A stretch of 64,000 nt of DNA, taken from contig NC_086097.1 of assembly GCF_963921235.1 (NCBI RefSeq), positions 243,414,001 to 243,478,000 of the forward strand, in the 5' to 3' direction. The notes below the pieces were generated by a model. The model did not search any database. It saw only the letters and a list, made by a program, of their open reading frames with translations, and was not told the origin of the DNA. Both the position numbers and the translations under genes were made by a program. Shown one piece after another: positions 50,881 to 61,935 of the stretch; position 1 is the first letter of the stretch; each line of letters begins with the position of its first letter. The DNA is from Mobula hypostoma (lineage: Eukaryota).

Positions 50881-51539
50881 ACTTCTGGCATTGGTGTATG
50901 GGCGTATGCTGCATGGAAGCCAACAGTCCCCTGTGAGGCCCCAGTTCTGCTTATAGCCATGTCTAACGCACACATTTGAAGCTACACAAACTGTGGTCTG
51001 CCAGTCAGGTAGTACGTGATCCAGGATAAAATGGAAGTGTCAACCTGCATTGAACGCAGCTTTTCCCCCAGCAATGAGTGCTGTACTCTTTACAGTGTGC
51101 ATATGTGTGCAATGTTTATTTAAAAAAATTAAAAACCTCTTGCCTAGCATGTCTCCTTTGAACTTTATTCCTTTATCCTTAAGTGCCTACCATCAGTATT
51201 AGACTTCTCAATCTTGGCTGCCTACTCTACCTAAGCCCTCTCAATATTTTATAAACTTCTAACAAGCTTCCTATCAATTTCCACCACTCCAGAGAAAACT
51301 GCTTTAGTTAGTCTAGTAAAGTGGACTTGCACTTTAATCAAGGCAGCATCCTGGTGAACTCCCTGTGCACCCTCTCTAAAGCCTCAACATCCTTTTTATA
51401 ATAGGGCAACCAGAGCTGAATGTAAAACTCCATATGAGGCCTACTGCAAAGTACTCCCATTCTCCCAGGACCTGGCAGGGAGTCATCAGTAATCAGCAAG
51501 GCCCAAGTTCCAGGACAACATTGATCTGTGAAAGCAATT

Positions 51540-51920
51540 CCATAAGATATAGGAGCAGAATTAGGCCATTCAGCTTATCGAGCCAGCTCCGCCATTTCAT
51601 CATGGCTGATCCCAGATCCCATTCAACCCTTACACCTGTCCTCTCACCGTATCACTTGATACCCCGACCAACCAGGGATCTATCAACTTCCGCTTTAAGC
51701 ATACCCATGGACTTGGCCTCCACTGCAGTCTGTGGCAGAGAGTTCCACAGGTTCACCACTCTTTGGCGAAAATAATTCCTCTTTACCTCCGTTCTAAATT
51801 TTGAGCTGTGCCCTCTAGTTCTGGATGCACCCACCAGAGGAAACATCCTCTCCACAAACACATTATCTGGTCCTTTCAACGTTTTTGTAGATTTCATTGA
51901 GATCCCCACGTATTCTTCTA
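51540..51920 (-). mobile_element. CR1 3' fragment
   Basis: ORF 51652..51948 NYFRQRVVNLWNSLP. Confidence 0.8.
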
Positions 51921-51949
51921 TTTCATGGGTGAACTTGACAGTTGACAAT

Positions 51950-53650
51950 TCTGGTTAGCGTTGGCTGCACCGAGCATCTAAGCATCCCTTAGCACGCATG
52001 TGCTTCTGCAGCGTGGAATGTGCCAGTCAGAAGCATCCCCTTACAGACACCTCCCTCTGCTGGAAGACCAGTAACACCAAATGCTGCCCTTCACCGAACT
52101 GATGAGATCCTGCCACTCTTGATGTCTGTCTCAGTGTGTGACCCTGGCAAGAGGCCGTAGGTCGGCGAGCCTCTGTTACGCAGCTGCTTGGGGTGAACTG
52201 TGACACAGATCTTTGCATCCATCTCCACACCCTTATTTTTTTGCAAATCCAAAGTCTGCAAAGAGTGGTGTGGTGTAACCATCTCTTGCCCAATTATTTT
52301 GAGGAAAGCATATGCTGGCAATGTTCTCTCTAATTTTGCCAGGATAATCAAGGACATGACCCACCCAGCCAACACTGTGTGCGCAAAAATCTTACGTTGT
52401 GCAATTTTTTTTCCTGTGACGAAAGTATATGTGCACTGATGACACAGTTTATGAAGGTTTACAAAATATTTGACGTAAAACTGCACAGAATAACAACAAA
52501 ATTACATACATATTTAAGTCACTCAGTTATTTTTTCTCTCACCTGTCTTTGGCATTTACCCATTCTTTGTAAACTCTATCTTGACTAATAGAACTTCCAT
52601 CCAATTGATAGTTTTTGATTCTCGTTAACATATCCAAATGACATTCACCTAAACAGTTTCTCAGCTTGTTTTTGAGTTGATTCATTAGGCTAAAACCTCG
52701 CTCACAGTCCACACCAGACGCAAGAAAGGTTCCCCCAATGTCCATCAACTGTGCCAGGTCGCAAAACTGTTCTTTTTGAAGTACAAATACTACCATTTGA
52801 GCAAAGTTTGAAATCAGTTTGGATTTAATTTCTTCTTGCACAGAAAATTTGAAATCATTAAACTGTCTAACTATTACAGTATTTTCACCTAGAAAATCAT
52901 GATATTTTAGACATAAGGCATTAACTTTTTCATCGCCAAATGTGAAGTCACAATCTGCAATTGAGGAGAAATCAAAAGCTGACCATTCTTCTACCTCATC
53001 TTCAGGAAACCTTTCTTCTAAATGAACACAAAGACTATTTATAAAAGTCAACAGCGAACTTGTATCTACTGTGACGTTTTCTTCACGTTGTTGGCTTAGG
53101 CAAATTTTAACTTTGTCACTCCACGAGACATTGTCTCCCAGATCCCAGAACAGGAAAGGTGAGGTGACGTAAATTAGTGACATGCATAGTGGTGTTTGAA
53201 AAACCGACTAACTAGTTAACAGAAACATTTAGCTAAAAGATTATATTCAATAAGTATAATTATGAATTACTACATTATTTTAGGTAACTAACCTTTCGAT
53301 GCGCACATTAATTTCCTTTGTGTGCTGGTTGAAAAATGTGTGTGCACGCGCACAGCTTAGAGGGAATATAGGTTGGGGGTGATGTGTTGTCTGGGAGAAC
53401 AAGCGAGATCTTACTGCTTGTTGATGAGATATGGTGATGAAGCATTCTCCCAGATGATTTAAACCACTTGCTCAGGGGACAAACAGACAGAATCCCTAGT
53501 GTTTCCCTCCCGCACTGATGCCTGATGCACTTGCAAGCAGAGATATTTACTTGGAAGAACCCTTCCACAAAGGACAAGCATGAAGTCCAGATGACTGAGG
53601 TGCTGTGTGATAGAGGAAGTCAGGCCTATCTTCTGTAACACCAAGAAAAG
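51950..53650 (-). mobile_element. Decayed L1/Tx1-type LINE ORF2 C-terminus, split by a hAT element
   Basis: LFADFGFAK..VWRWMQRS..YGLLPGSHTETDIK..LLVFQQRE at 51950-52318; NASSP...NKQ.DLA-like remnant at about 53395-53455. Confidence 0.55.
52319..53371 (-). mobile_element. Internally deleted hAT DNA transposon (transposase C-terminus)
   Basis: Imperfect TIRs caatgttctctctaa / ttagagggaatatag (12/15 match); ORF 52539..53183 carries the hAT dimerisation motif ASGVDCERGFSLMNQLKNKLRN. Confidence 0.8.
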
Positions 53651-53899
53651 TTAGAATAGTGAGGTATAATGTGCTATAACGTTAGAAAAGGTGCATTGTG
53701 ATACCTGGTACCATCATACATGGGGTTCGCACACAGTCAAATACAGCCACATATTTATAATGCCTTAAAAGGGATTTTTTTCAAATGGGTTTGAGAGACA
53801 TGTAAGTAACATTCCTAAATACTCCCACATCCATTAACGTACTCATAAAATTCCATCAGGCATAACCTAATCCTTAAAATCTTTGGTATCTTTGGAATG

Positions 53900-54298
53900 T
53901 CAGAAATTTGAGTGTCGGAGCAGAAGTGAGTGCAGTTGCTATTACCAAGGAGAAGCTGCTTGGGAAGCTGAAAGGTCCAAAGGTAGATAAGCCACCTGGA
54001 CCAGATGGACTACACCCCAGGATTCTGGAGGAGGTGGTTGAAGAGATTATGGAGGTATGACAATGATCTTTCAACAATCATTAGATTCTGGAATGGTTCC
54101 TGAGGACTGAAAAATCACAAATGTCACTCCTCTCTTTAAGAAGGGAGGGAGGCAGAAGAAAGGAAATTATAGACCAGTTAGCTTGAATTCAGTGCCTGAC
54201 AAACCTGTTGGAGATCTTTGAAAAAATAACAGGCTAGATAGTCATAGGAGATTCAGTGGGAATGTTTACTTGGATTTTCAGAAGGTCTTGGACAAGAT
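53900..54298 (+). mobile_element. Degenerate CR1 RT fragment
   Basis: cctggaccagatggactacaccccagg, aattatagaccagttagc. Confidence 0.7.
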
Positions 54299-55370
54299 TG
54301 AGGGGTAGTTTCTGTTCTTGAACCAGGTGGTGTGAGTCCTGAGGCTCTTGTACCTTCTTCTTCCTGAGGTAGCGTGACGAGAACATGACCTAGGTGGGGG
54401 TGGGATTCCCTCATGATGGATGCTGCTTTCCTGCAACCTCTCCATGTAAGTGTGCTCAATGGTGAGGAAGGCTTTACCAGTGATGGACTGGGCCATATCC
54501 ACTACATCTTTATACTTCATTGTTGCCAAACAATTGATACTAAAACGTACAATCATCATAGCGATATTTGATTCTGTGCTTCCCGCTCCCTGGATTACAA
54601 ATTGATAGTAAATATTATAAATTTAAATTATAAATCATAAATAGAAAATAGAAAAATGGAAAGTAAGGTAGTGCAAAAAAAAACGAGATGCAGGTCCGGA
54701 TATTTGGAGGGTACGGCCCAGATCCGGGTCAGGATCCGTTCAGCAGTTGGAAAGAAGCTGTTCCCAAATCTGACCGTACGAGTCTTCAAGCTCCTGAGTC
54801 TTCTCCCGGAGGGAAGAGGGACAAAGAGTGTGTTGGCTGGGTGGGTCGTGTCCTTGATTATCCTGGCAGCACTGCTCCGACAGCGTGCGGTGTAATGTGA
54901 GTTCAAGGATGGAGGATTGGTTTGTGTGATGTGCTGGGCTGTGTTCACGATCTTCTGCAGCTTCTTCCGGTCTAAGACAGGACAACTTCCATACCAGATT
55001 GTGATGCATCCTAGAAGAATGCTAGAAATTATGCATCTTGTATGATTTTCCATGCAAGGGCATTGGTGTTTCCACACCAGGCTGTGATGCAGCCAGTCAG
55101 TATACTCTCCACCACACATCTACAGAAGTTGTCATCCCAAATCTTCACAAAGTCCTCAGGAAGTGAAGGTACAAGAGCCGCAGGCACCATGGACACTACC
55201 TCACTTCTTTTTAATTTCTGTTTTTGGACCACTAATCTTAATTTAACTATTTAATATGCATATAAATACTCCCTGTGATTCAGTTTTTTTCTTGCATTGT
55301 AATGCTGCCACAAATTGAACAGATTTCATTACATATGCCGGTGATATTAAACCAGTCTCTGATTCTGATA
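54298..55370 (-). mobile_element. Cluster of Rex1/Babar-type 3' fragments, including a younger copy at about 54510-55025
   Basis: SILLGCITIWYGSC...HPANTLFVPLPSGRRLRS...SFFP; an older host copy lies on both sides. Confidence 0.7.
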
Positions 55371-55604
55371 TAGCAAAACCACAGACACAGATGGATAAAA
55401 CAGTTATATCAAATTCACATGAAATAATAGCAAATCTGTGAGAGACAAACTGTTTATCTGATTTAATGTGAGAGAAGTCTTAGTTGTGTTGCATCTCATT
55501 TAGATTCTTACTGCAAAGTATTTTCTATTTTAACCTTCATATTAAGAAATCTGACATAGAAAGACTTATTTAAAGATCACGTTAATGAAATGCACCCTTT
55601 CCTC

Positions 55605-56552
55605 AGTTCTGGCTGCCCCAATATAGGAAGGATGTTGAGGCTTTGGAGAGGGTGCAGAAGCTGCCTGGTCTAGAGGTCATGTGCTATCATGAAAGGCTAG
55701 ATAAACTTGGGACGTTTTCTGTGGAGTGTCAGAGGCTGAAGGGAGATCTGATAGAGGTTTCTAAGATTATGAGAAGCATTGCTAGAGTGGAGGGAGAGTA
55801 TCAGTTTCCCAGGGTTGAAATGTCTAATACCAGAGGGCATGCATTGAAGGTGAGAGGGGGATGTGAGGGATAAGTTTTTTTACTCAGATTAAATGTTGAG
55901 GTTCCTACAGTTAACTATCTACATCTTCAAAAGACTTACATAAGCATAACCTAGAACATAGAAAAGTACTGCACAGGAGCAGGCCATTCGGCCCACAATG
56001 TTGTGCTGAACCAGCTAAAAACCAATCAAAAACATCCAAACACTAATCCCTCCCACCTATACCATGGTGGTATGGTTTAGATTAAAGTCTGTCATGAGTC
56101 TTGTGGCCCATCAGGCCGGTGCTCATGCCAGTTTCCGTGGCGTGAAGCGACTGAGAGTACGAGACTCCCCCCCCCCCCCCGCCGGATAGGATGCCAGTCT
56201 GTTGTGAGGTTAACCCCCAGCATTTCTTAGCTGGGTAGACTGGGAGCATTGTGTGGTTAAGTACCTTGCTCAAGGACACACACACTGCCTCGGCTGAGGC
56301 TCGAACCCATGACCTTCAGCTCGCTAGTCCAACGCCCTAACCACTTGGCCACGCGTTACGCTGCCTGGTATGGTGGTAGAGGCAAATACGTTAGGGGCTT
56401 TTAAGAGACGTGGATGTGAGGAAGATGGAAGGATATGGGCATGGTATAGGTGGGAGGGATTAGTGTTTGGATGTTTTTGATTTGCTTTTTAGCTGGTTCG
56501 GCAAACATTGTGGGCCGAATGGCCTGCTCCTGTGCAGTACTTTTCTATGCTC
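55605..56552 (+). mobile_element. CR1 3' fragment disrupted by an inverted duplication and a SINE
   Basis: ORF 55643..55873 ERVQK...RLKGDLIEV; resumes at about 56358 and ends ttctatgctcta. Confidence 0.7.
56080..56355 (-). mobile_element. tRNA-derived CORE-type SINE
   Basis: ttaagtaccttgctcaaggacac core; ggctcgaaccc reverse B box; ctaaccacttggcca reverse A box. Confidence 0.6.
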
Positions 56553-56864
56553 TAGGTTATGCTTATATAAGTCTTTTGAGGATGTAGATAGTTAACTGTA
56601 GAAACCTCAACATTTTATCCACTCCTATGGCAACAGTGTGATAAGAAAGTTACAATATTATTATTAAATGCACTTGATTTTGTTTAATCCAGAAATTTAG
56701 AACCTATTACCACTATCACTGCACTGCACTGCACTGTAAGCACCTTAAACCACTTTTTATGATGCTCTTTGCATTGCAAATGCACACTGACATTTGTAGA
56801 CATGTTGTTCCATATCCGCAATTAAACCGTTCTTTACATACATACAGATCGAGTGGATTTTATG

Positions 56865-57180
56865 ATGAGGGAGTCTAGGGTCAGAGGACACAGCCACAGA
56901 ACAGCGGGCGCTGTGTTAGAAAGGAGATGGGAGAAATTTCTTCAGCCAGACAGTGGTGAATCTGTGGAATTTGTTGTCACAGGCAGCTGTGGAGGACAAG
57001 TCTTTATGTATATTTAAGGCAGAGACTGATAGATTCTTGATTGGTCAGGGCATGAAGGGATGCGGGGAGAAGGCAGGAGATTGGGGCTGAGAGGGAAATG
57101 GATCAGCCATGATGAAATGGTGGTACAGACTCAATGGGCCAAATGGCCTAATTCTGCACCTATACCTTACTGTCTTATGG
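56865..57180 (+). mobile_element. CR1 3' fragment
   Basis: gtggtgaatctgtggaatttgttg...tcttatgg tail. Confidence 0.75.
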
Positions 57181-57400
57181 ATGTAATTCATTATCCTTAA
57201 TAAATGTTGAATATTCTTGTTTTTTGTTGTATGCCTCACTCTGACCAACACACCACTTCAGATTCCCAATACATGTAAATGTATATGGCAAATTAAATTG
57301 ATCCTTGAAATAGTAATTCCCTTTGTAGGTTTGTTGCCTGCAAACATGTAAAAATAATTTTGAATTTAATTGCACATAAAGAAAGCAGCAAATTATGTTT

Positions 57401-57670
57401 GGTACAGTAGTGCAGTGGTTAGCACAATGCCTTATAGTACAGGCGACTAGAGTTCAATTCCTGCCACTGCTTGTAAGGAGCTTGTACGTTCTCCATGTGG
57501 GTTTCCTCCAAGTGCTCTGGTTTCCTCCCACAGTCCAAAGCTGTACTGTTTGGTAGGTCAATTGGTCATTGTATGTTGTCCCATGAAATCAGCGAATCGC
57601 TTGGCAATGTGGCTTGAAGGTCTAGAAGGGCCTATTCTGTGCTCTTTTTCAATAAATAAAAATAAATAAA
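57401..57670 (+). mobile_element. V-SINE/HE1-like SINE, near full length
   Basis: tRNA-like head (tagtgcagtggttagcac, gagttcaattcc), gtgggtttcctcc...ggtttcctcccacagtccaaag core, (aata)n tail. Confidence 0.75.
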
Positions 57671-58029
57671 ACATAACTATTGTTTTTCTGAGTAATCTGT
57701 ATTTTTCATAGGTTCAAAGCTTCATTCTATTATCAAAGTATATAACTCCAAAATTCTTATTCTCCAGATAGCCTTAAAAACAAAACAAGAAAGAAACGTA
57801 CGGCAGAACAATCATCAATCCCCTAATCCCTCCTTTCCACGCAAAAACAAACAAAAGTGGAACAGGCACATCGGCCCATAGGTCCCTCACCCCACACACC
57901 AAAATAAAACGAGGAAGATCAGGTGAAAAACACAGAATATAAAAAAACAATAGAACTGAAAAAAGTCCAAACCCATATCCGAAACGCAGAAAACCTGGGT
58001 AATATTCTCTGTGCCCAGCAGTAGCCATT

Positions 58030-58773
58030 TCCCTCTCCGTAGCACAGCGATCCCATCAGCGATCAAAAGGCAGTCTCCTCTCTCCGTAGCAGAGCGATCC
58101 CATCAGCGATCAAAAGGCAGTCTCCCCTCTTTGTAGCAGAGCGATCCCATCAGCGATCAAAAGGCAGTCTCCCCTCTCTGTAGCAGAGCGATCTCACCAG
58201 TGATCAAAAGGCAGTCTCCCCTCTCTGTAGCATAGTGATCTCACCAGTGATCAAAAGGCAGTCTCCCCTCTCCGTGGCACAGCGATCCCACCAGCGATCA
58301 AAAGGCAGTCTCCCCTCTCCGTAGCATAGTGATCCCACCAGTGATCAAAAGGCAGTCTCCCCTCTCCGTAGCATAGTGATCCCACCAGCGATCAAAAGGC
58401 AGTCTCCCCTCTCTGTAGCATAGTGATCTCACCAGTGATCAAAAGGCAGTCTCCCCTCTCCGTAGCACAGCGATCCCACCAGCGATCAAAAGGCAGTCTC
58501 CCCTCTCCGTAGCATAGTGATCCCACCAGCGATCAAAAGGCAGTCTCCCCTCTCCGTAGCACAGTGATCCCATCAGCGATCAAAAGGCAGTCTCCCCTCT
58601 CTGTAGCAGAGCGATCTCACCAGTGATCAAAAGGCAGTCTCCCCTCTCTGTAGCAGAGCGATCTCACCAGTGATCAAAAGGCAGTCTCCCCTCTCTGTAG
58701 CAGAGCGATCTCACCAGTGATCAAAAGGCAGTCTCCCCTCTCCGTAGCACAGCGATCCCATCAGCGATCAAAA
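58030..58773. repeat. Minisatellite, 47 bp unit, about 16 copies
   Basis: Head-to-tail unit tcccctctccgtagcacagcgatcccaccagcgatcaaaaggcagtc, with no spacers. Confidence 0.95.
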
Positions 58774-59074
58774 GACAGGCAGCCAACACTTGCCTTTCCA
58801 TTCACCTCGATGTTTCAATCTCTCTCACCGCTTTATCGGTAACAATGGAAGCTTTAATCAACGAAATGGAGTTGAACATCGGGTTGTGCCCCACAACCAT
58901 CCCGCAGCCTTCTGCTCACATTGCCTCTCCCTGCCAGAATCCTCTTGGAGACTGCATGGTGCTAAGGCACTCACACGATCATAAACTGCATATCACAGGC
59001 TCCAACAGTTCCAGAGTCACATCCAAGATGAAAAACAAACGTAAAAGACATTTTTATAATGCAACACTTATGTA

Positions 59075-59235
59075 GGGATCTTTCCCCTGCACACTGGGGA
59101 CCTGTGGTGAAGCTGACACCCCATCCACCTGTCCTTTCTGTGACAAGGAGGAGCCAGTGTACCAGGTTTACATGGCACGTGAGAAGTTGTTTGAATATCT
59201 GAAAGGGCTGCACCTCAGGTTCTGGCTGTACTTTA
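59075..59235 (+). mobile_element. L1/Tx1 zinc-knuckle remnant
   Basis: CPFCDKEEPVYQVYM...FEYLKGL..FWL. Confidence 0.45.
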
Positions 59236-59520
59236 TTTTTACTTTATTCAGATACACCGTGTGGAACAGGCCCTTTTGGCCTTTCGAGCCATGCCACTAG
59301 CAACCCATAGTTTAACCGTAGCCTAATCTCGGGACAATTTACAATGACCAATTAAGAGTACGCCTTTGGACTGTGAGAGGAAACCAGAGGACCTGGAGGA
59401 AACACAAGCACTCCATGGGGAGGACGCACAAATTCCTTGCAGAGGATGCTGGGATTGAACTCTGAACTCCGACCCCCAGATCCATGACAGCATCGCGCAA
59501 ACTGCTACATTACCATGGCG
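59236..59520 (-). mobile_element. V-SINE/HE1-like SINE
   Basis: ctttggactgtgagaggaaaccagaggacctggaggaaac core; same family as 46103-46361. Confidence 0.7.
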
Positions 59521-59892
59521 CTCCACTTCAGCTCCACACTCTTTATCTACCGTCACCCAGTACAGAGGTAAGTGGAATGCTCGGGAGATCTCCTGTTCGG
59601 CTTGCTCCTGGGCCTAGCCAAACTAGCATTCGCACGTCCAGCTGGCAGGCATTCCAGGGCTCTGCCCAAGCCCTCTGACTGGGTGTCCTTGGCAAAGGCG
59701 GATGGTCCTTTTGGGCGCAGTAGGAAAGTTCCATGAAGGGTGGGTCCCAAAGGAACTTGAGTGTTTTATTTATACCAGTAATCGTATTTTAAATTGTAAC
59801 TAGTTTTGTGAACCTCTGATTCTGTCAGTGAATAAACATTTCTGTGTTTGTTAAAAAATAACATGTTGTTCATCGAATGTTTTGATTTGAAG

Positions 59893-59964
59893 GACTGATT
59901 GGCGAGCCAGGACAGAAAGGAGGAATTGGACAAAGAGGTAAAATTGGTCCAGTCGGTGCAAAGG
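59893..59964 (+). CDS. COLEC10: Collectin-10-like coding exon 3 (72 bp, 8 Gly-X-Y triplets)
   Basis: ag acceptor at 59891-59892, gtaagc donor at 59965, phase 1/1. Translates GLIGEPGQKGGIGQRGKIGPVGAK. The remaining collagen, neck and C-type lectin exons presumably lie beyond the window. Confidence 0.88.
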
Positions 59965-60294
59965 GTAAGCCCAAAAAACTGAATGCGGTATGAAAACTTC
60001 CGAGCAACAAACCATCAGCTGGAGGAACTCAGTAGGTCGAGCAGTATCATGTGGGAGGAGAGGAACTGTTGATGTTTTTACTGAAACCAGGTATCAGGGC
60101 AAAACCCGTAGAAGGTTCAAAATTTTCAACCCAAAACATTAACAATTCCTTTCCTCCCACAGATGCTGCCTGATTGGCTGAGTTTTTCCAGTAGATTATT
60201 TGTTCCTCCACATTCCAGCATCTGCAGGTTCTTGTGACTCACAAAGTCGTCAAAGATGGGTAAAACCATTTCCTTTCTCATCCCCATCGTTATA

Positions 60295-60635
60295 TGCCTT
60301 GCCATGTGACGTATTCTTTGATCATGATTGTTCTTGGCAAATTTTTCTACAGAAGTGGTTTGCCATTGCCTTCTGCTGGTCAGTGTCTTGACAAGGTGGG
60401 TGGGTGACCCCAGCCATTATCAATACTCTTCAGCGATTATCTGCCTGGCATCAATGGTCACATAACCAAGACTGGTGATATGTATCAGCTGCTCGTACGA
60501 CCATCCACCACCTACTCCCGTGGCTTCTCATGACCCTAGGGGGCTAAGTAGGTGCAACACCAAGGGTGACCTGCAGGCTTGTGGAGGAAAGGAGTGTCTT
60601 ACACCTCCTTTGGCAGAGGCATATCTCCACCCCAC
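60295..60635 (-). mobile_element. RTE-related SINE-like element
   Basis: agaagtggtttgccattgccttc; its reverse complement gaaggcaatggcaaaccact resembles RTE/Sauria-SINE-type sequence. Confidence 0.45.
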
Positions 60636-61237
60636 TGCCCTTTCCTTACTAAAGTTAAAAATAAATACAAACAACTGTTAAGTTCAGACAACATTGATGT
60701 AATGTACATCAGAGACTGTTGTAACTCTTCCAAAACAAATGACTCATTGATGTTATTCCTGAAACTTTAGTGCTATTATTTGCTTCTTGGAATAATATTA
60801 TTGAATATTAATCAAAGACAGATGTTTCCAACTAAAATATCCCCTTTCTTTCCTGATTGGTGGATCGTCTGTTATTGAACTGAGTGCAGAAGAGGGTGCA
60901 TAAATGCATTTCAGAGTTTTCAGTGATACAATGGTATTGGTTCTTATAATTTCCTCAAAGGATGGGGCTGAAGCCAAGGTCTTGACCTGAAACATTGGCT
61001 TTTTATTCCCCCTGCATAGTTGCTGTCTGACCAGCTGAGTTCCTCCAGCATTTTGTCTGTGTGTTCCCCTGGATTTCCAGCACCTGCAGAATTTCTTGTG
61101 TTTCTGAACAAGTCAGATAGCTCCTCCGTGGTCAATGTCTTGTTGGTGTAAAACGCCGTCTCACTTTCAGGTCCCATGGACATTGTTAAAGCTGTGCAAC
61201 TTTCAAGTAATTTTGCCATTTCGGAGGCCCATACGCC

Positions 61238-61935
61238 CATAAGATATTGGAGCAGAATTAGACCATTTGGCCCATCGAGACTGCTCCACCATTTATGGCT
61301 AATTTTATTATCCCTCTCAACACCATTCACCTGCTTTCTTCCCATAACGTTTGACACCCTTGTCAATCAAGAACTTATCAACCTCCACTTTAAATGTACC
61401 CAATGACTTGACCTCCACAGATTCACCACCCTCCAGCTAAAGAAATTTGCCCTAATTTCTGTTCTAAATGGATGTCCTTCTATTCTGAGTCTGTGTCCTT
61501 TGATCCTAGAGTCTCTCACTATTGGTAACATCCTCTCCACATCCAATCAATCTACGTCTTTCAGCATTCAAAAGTTTTCAATGAGAACTCCCCTCATTCT
61601 TCTAAACTCCATTGAAACAGGCTCTGGGCCATCAAACACTCCTGATACACTAAACGTTTCATTTCTGGAATCATTCTCATGATCCTCTCCAATGCTAGCA
61701 CATCCATTCTTAGGTAAGGTGCCCAAAACTGCTCACATGTTTTTCCAATGCCTTCAGCATTACGTTCTTGTTTTAAATTATTTTCCTCTCAAAATGAATG
61801 CTAACATTTCATTTGTCTTCCTTACCACTGACTCACCCTGCAAGTTAACCCTTAGGGAATCCTGCACAAGGACTCCCAATCTGTTTGCATATTGGATTCT
61901 GCATTTGCTCCTGTTTAGAAAACAGTGTACATCTT
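61238..61935 (-). mobile_element. Old CR1 3' fragment
   Basis: LGVLVQDSLRVNLQGESVVRK; cataagatattggagcag tail. Confidence 0.7.

Noticed and set aside
52539..53183. Domesticated hAT/ZNF862-like host gene
   Set aside because: Only the C-terminal part is present, bounded by TIRs within about 1 kb and inserted in another repeat; an 8-bp TSD was not recognisable.
58030..58773. CRISPR-like array
   Set aside because: Head-to-tail units with no unique spacers, no cas genes and a vertebrate context; it is a minisatellite.
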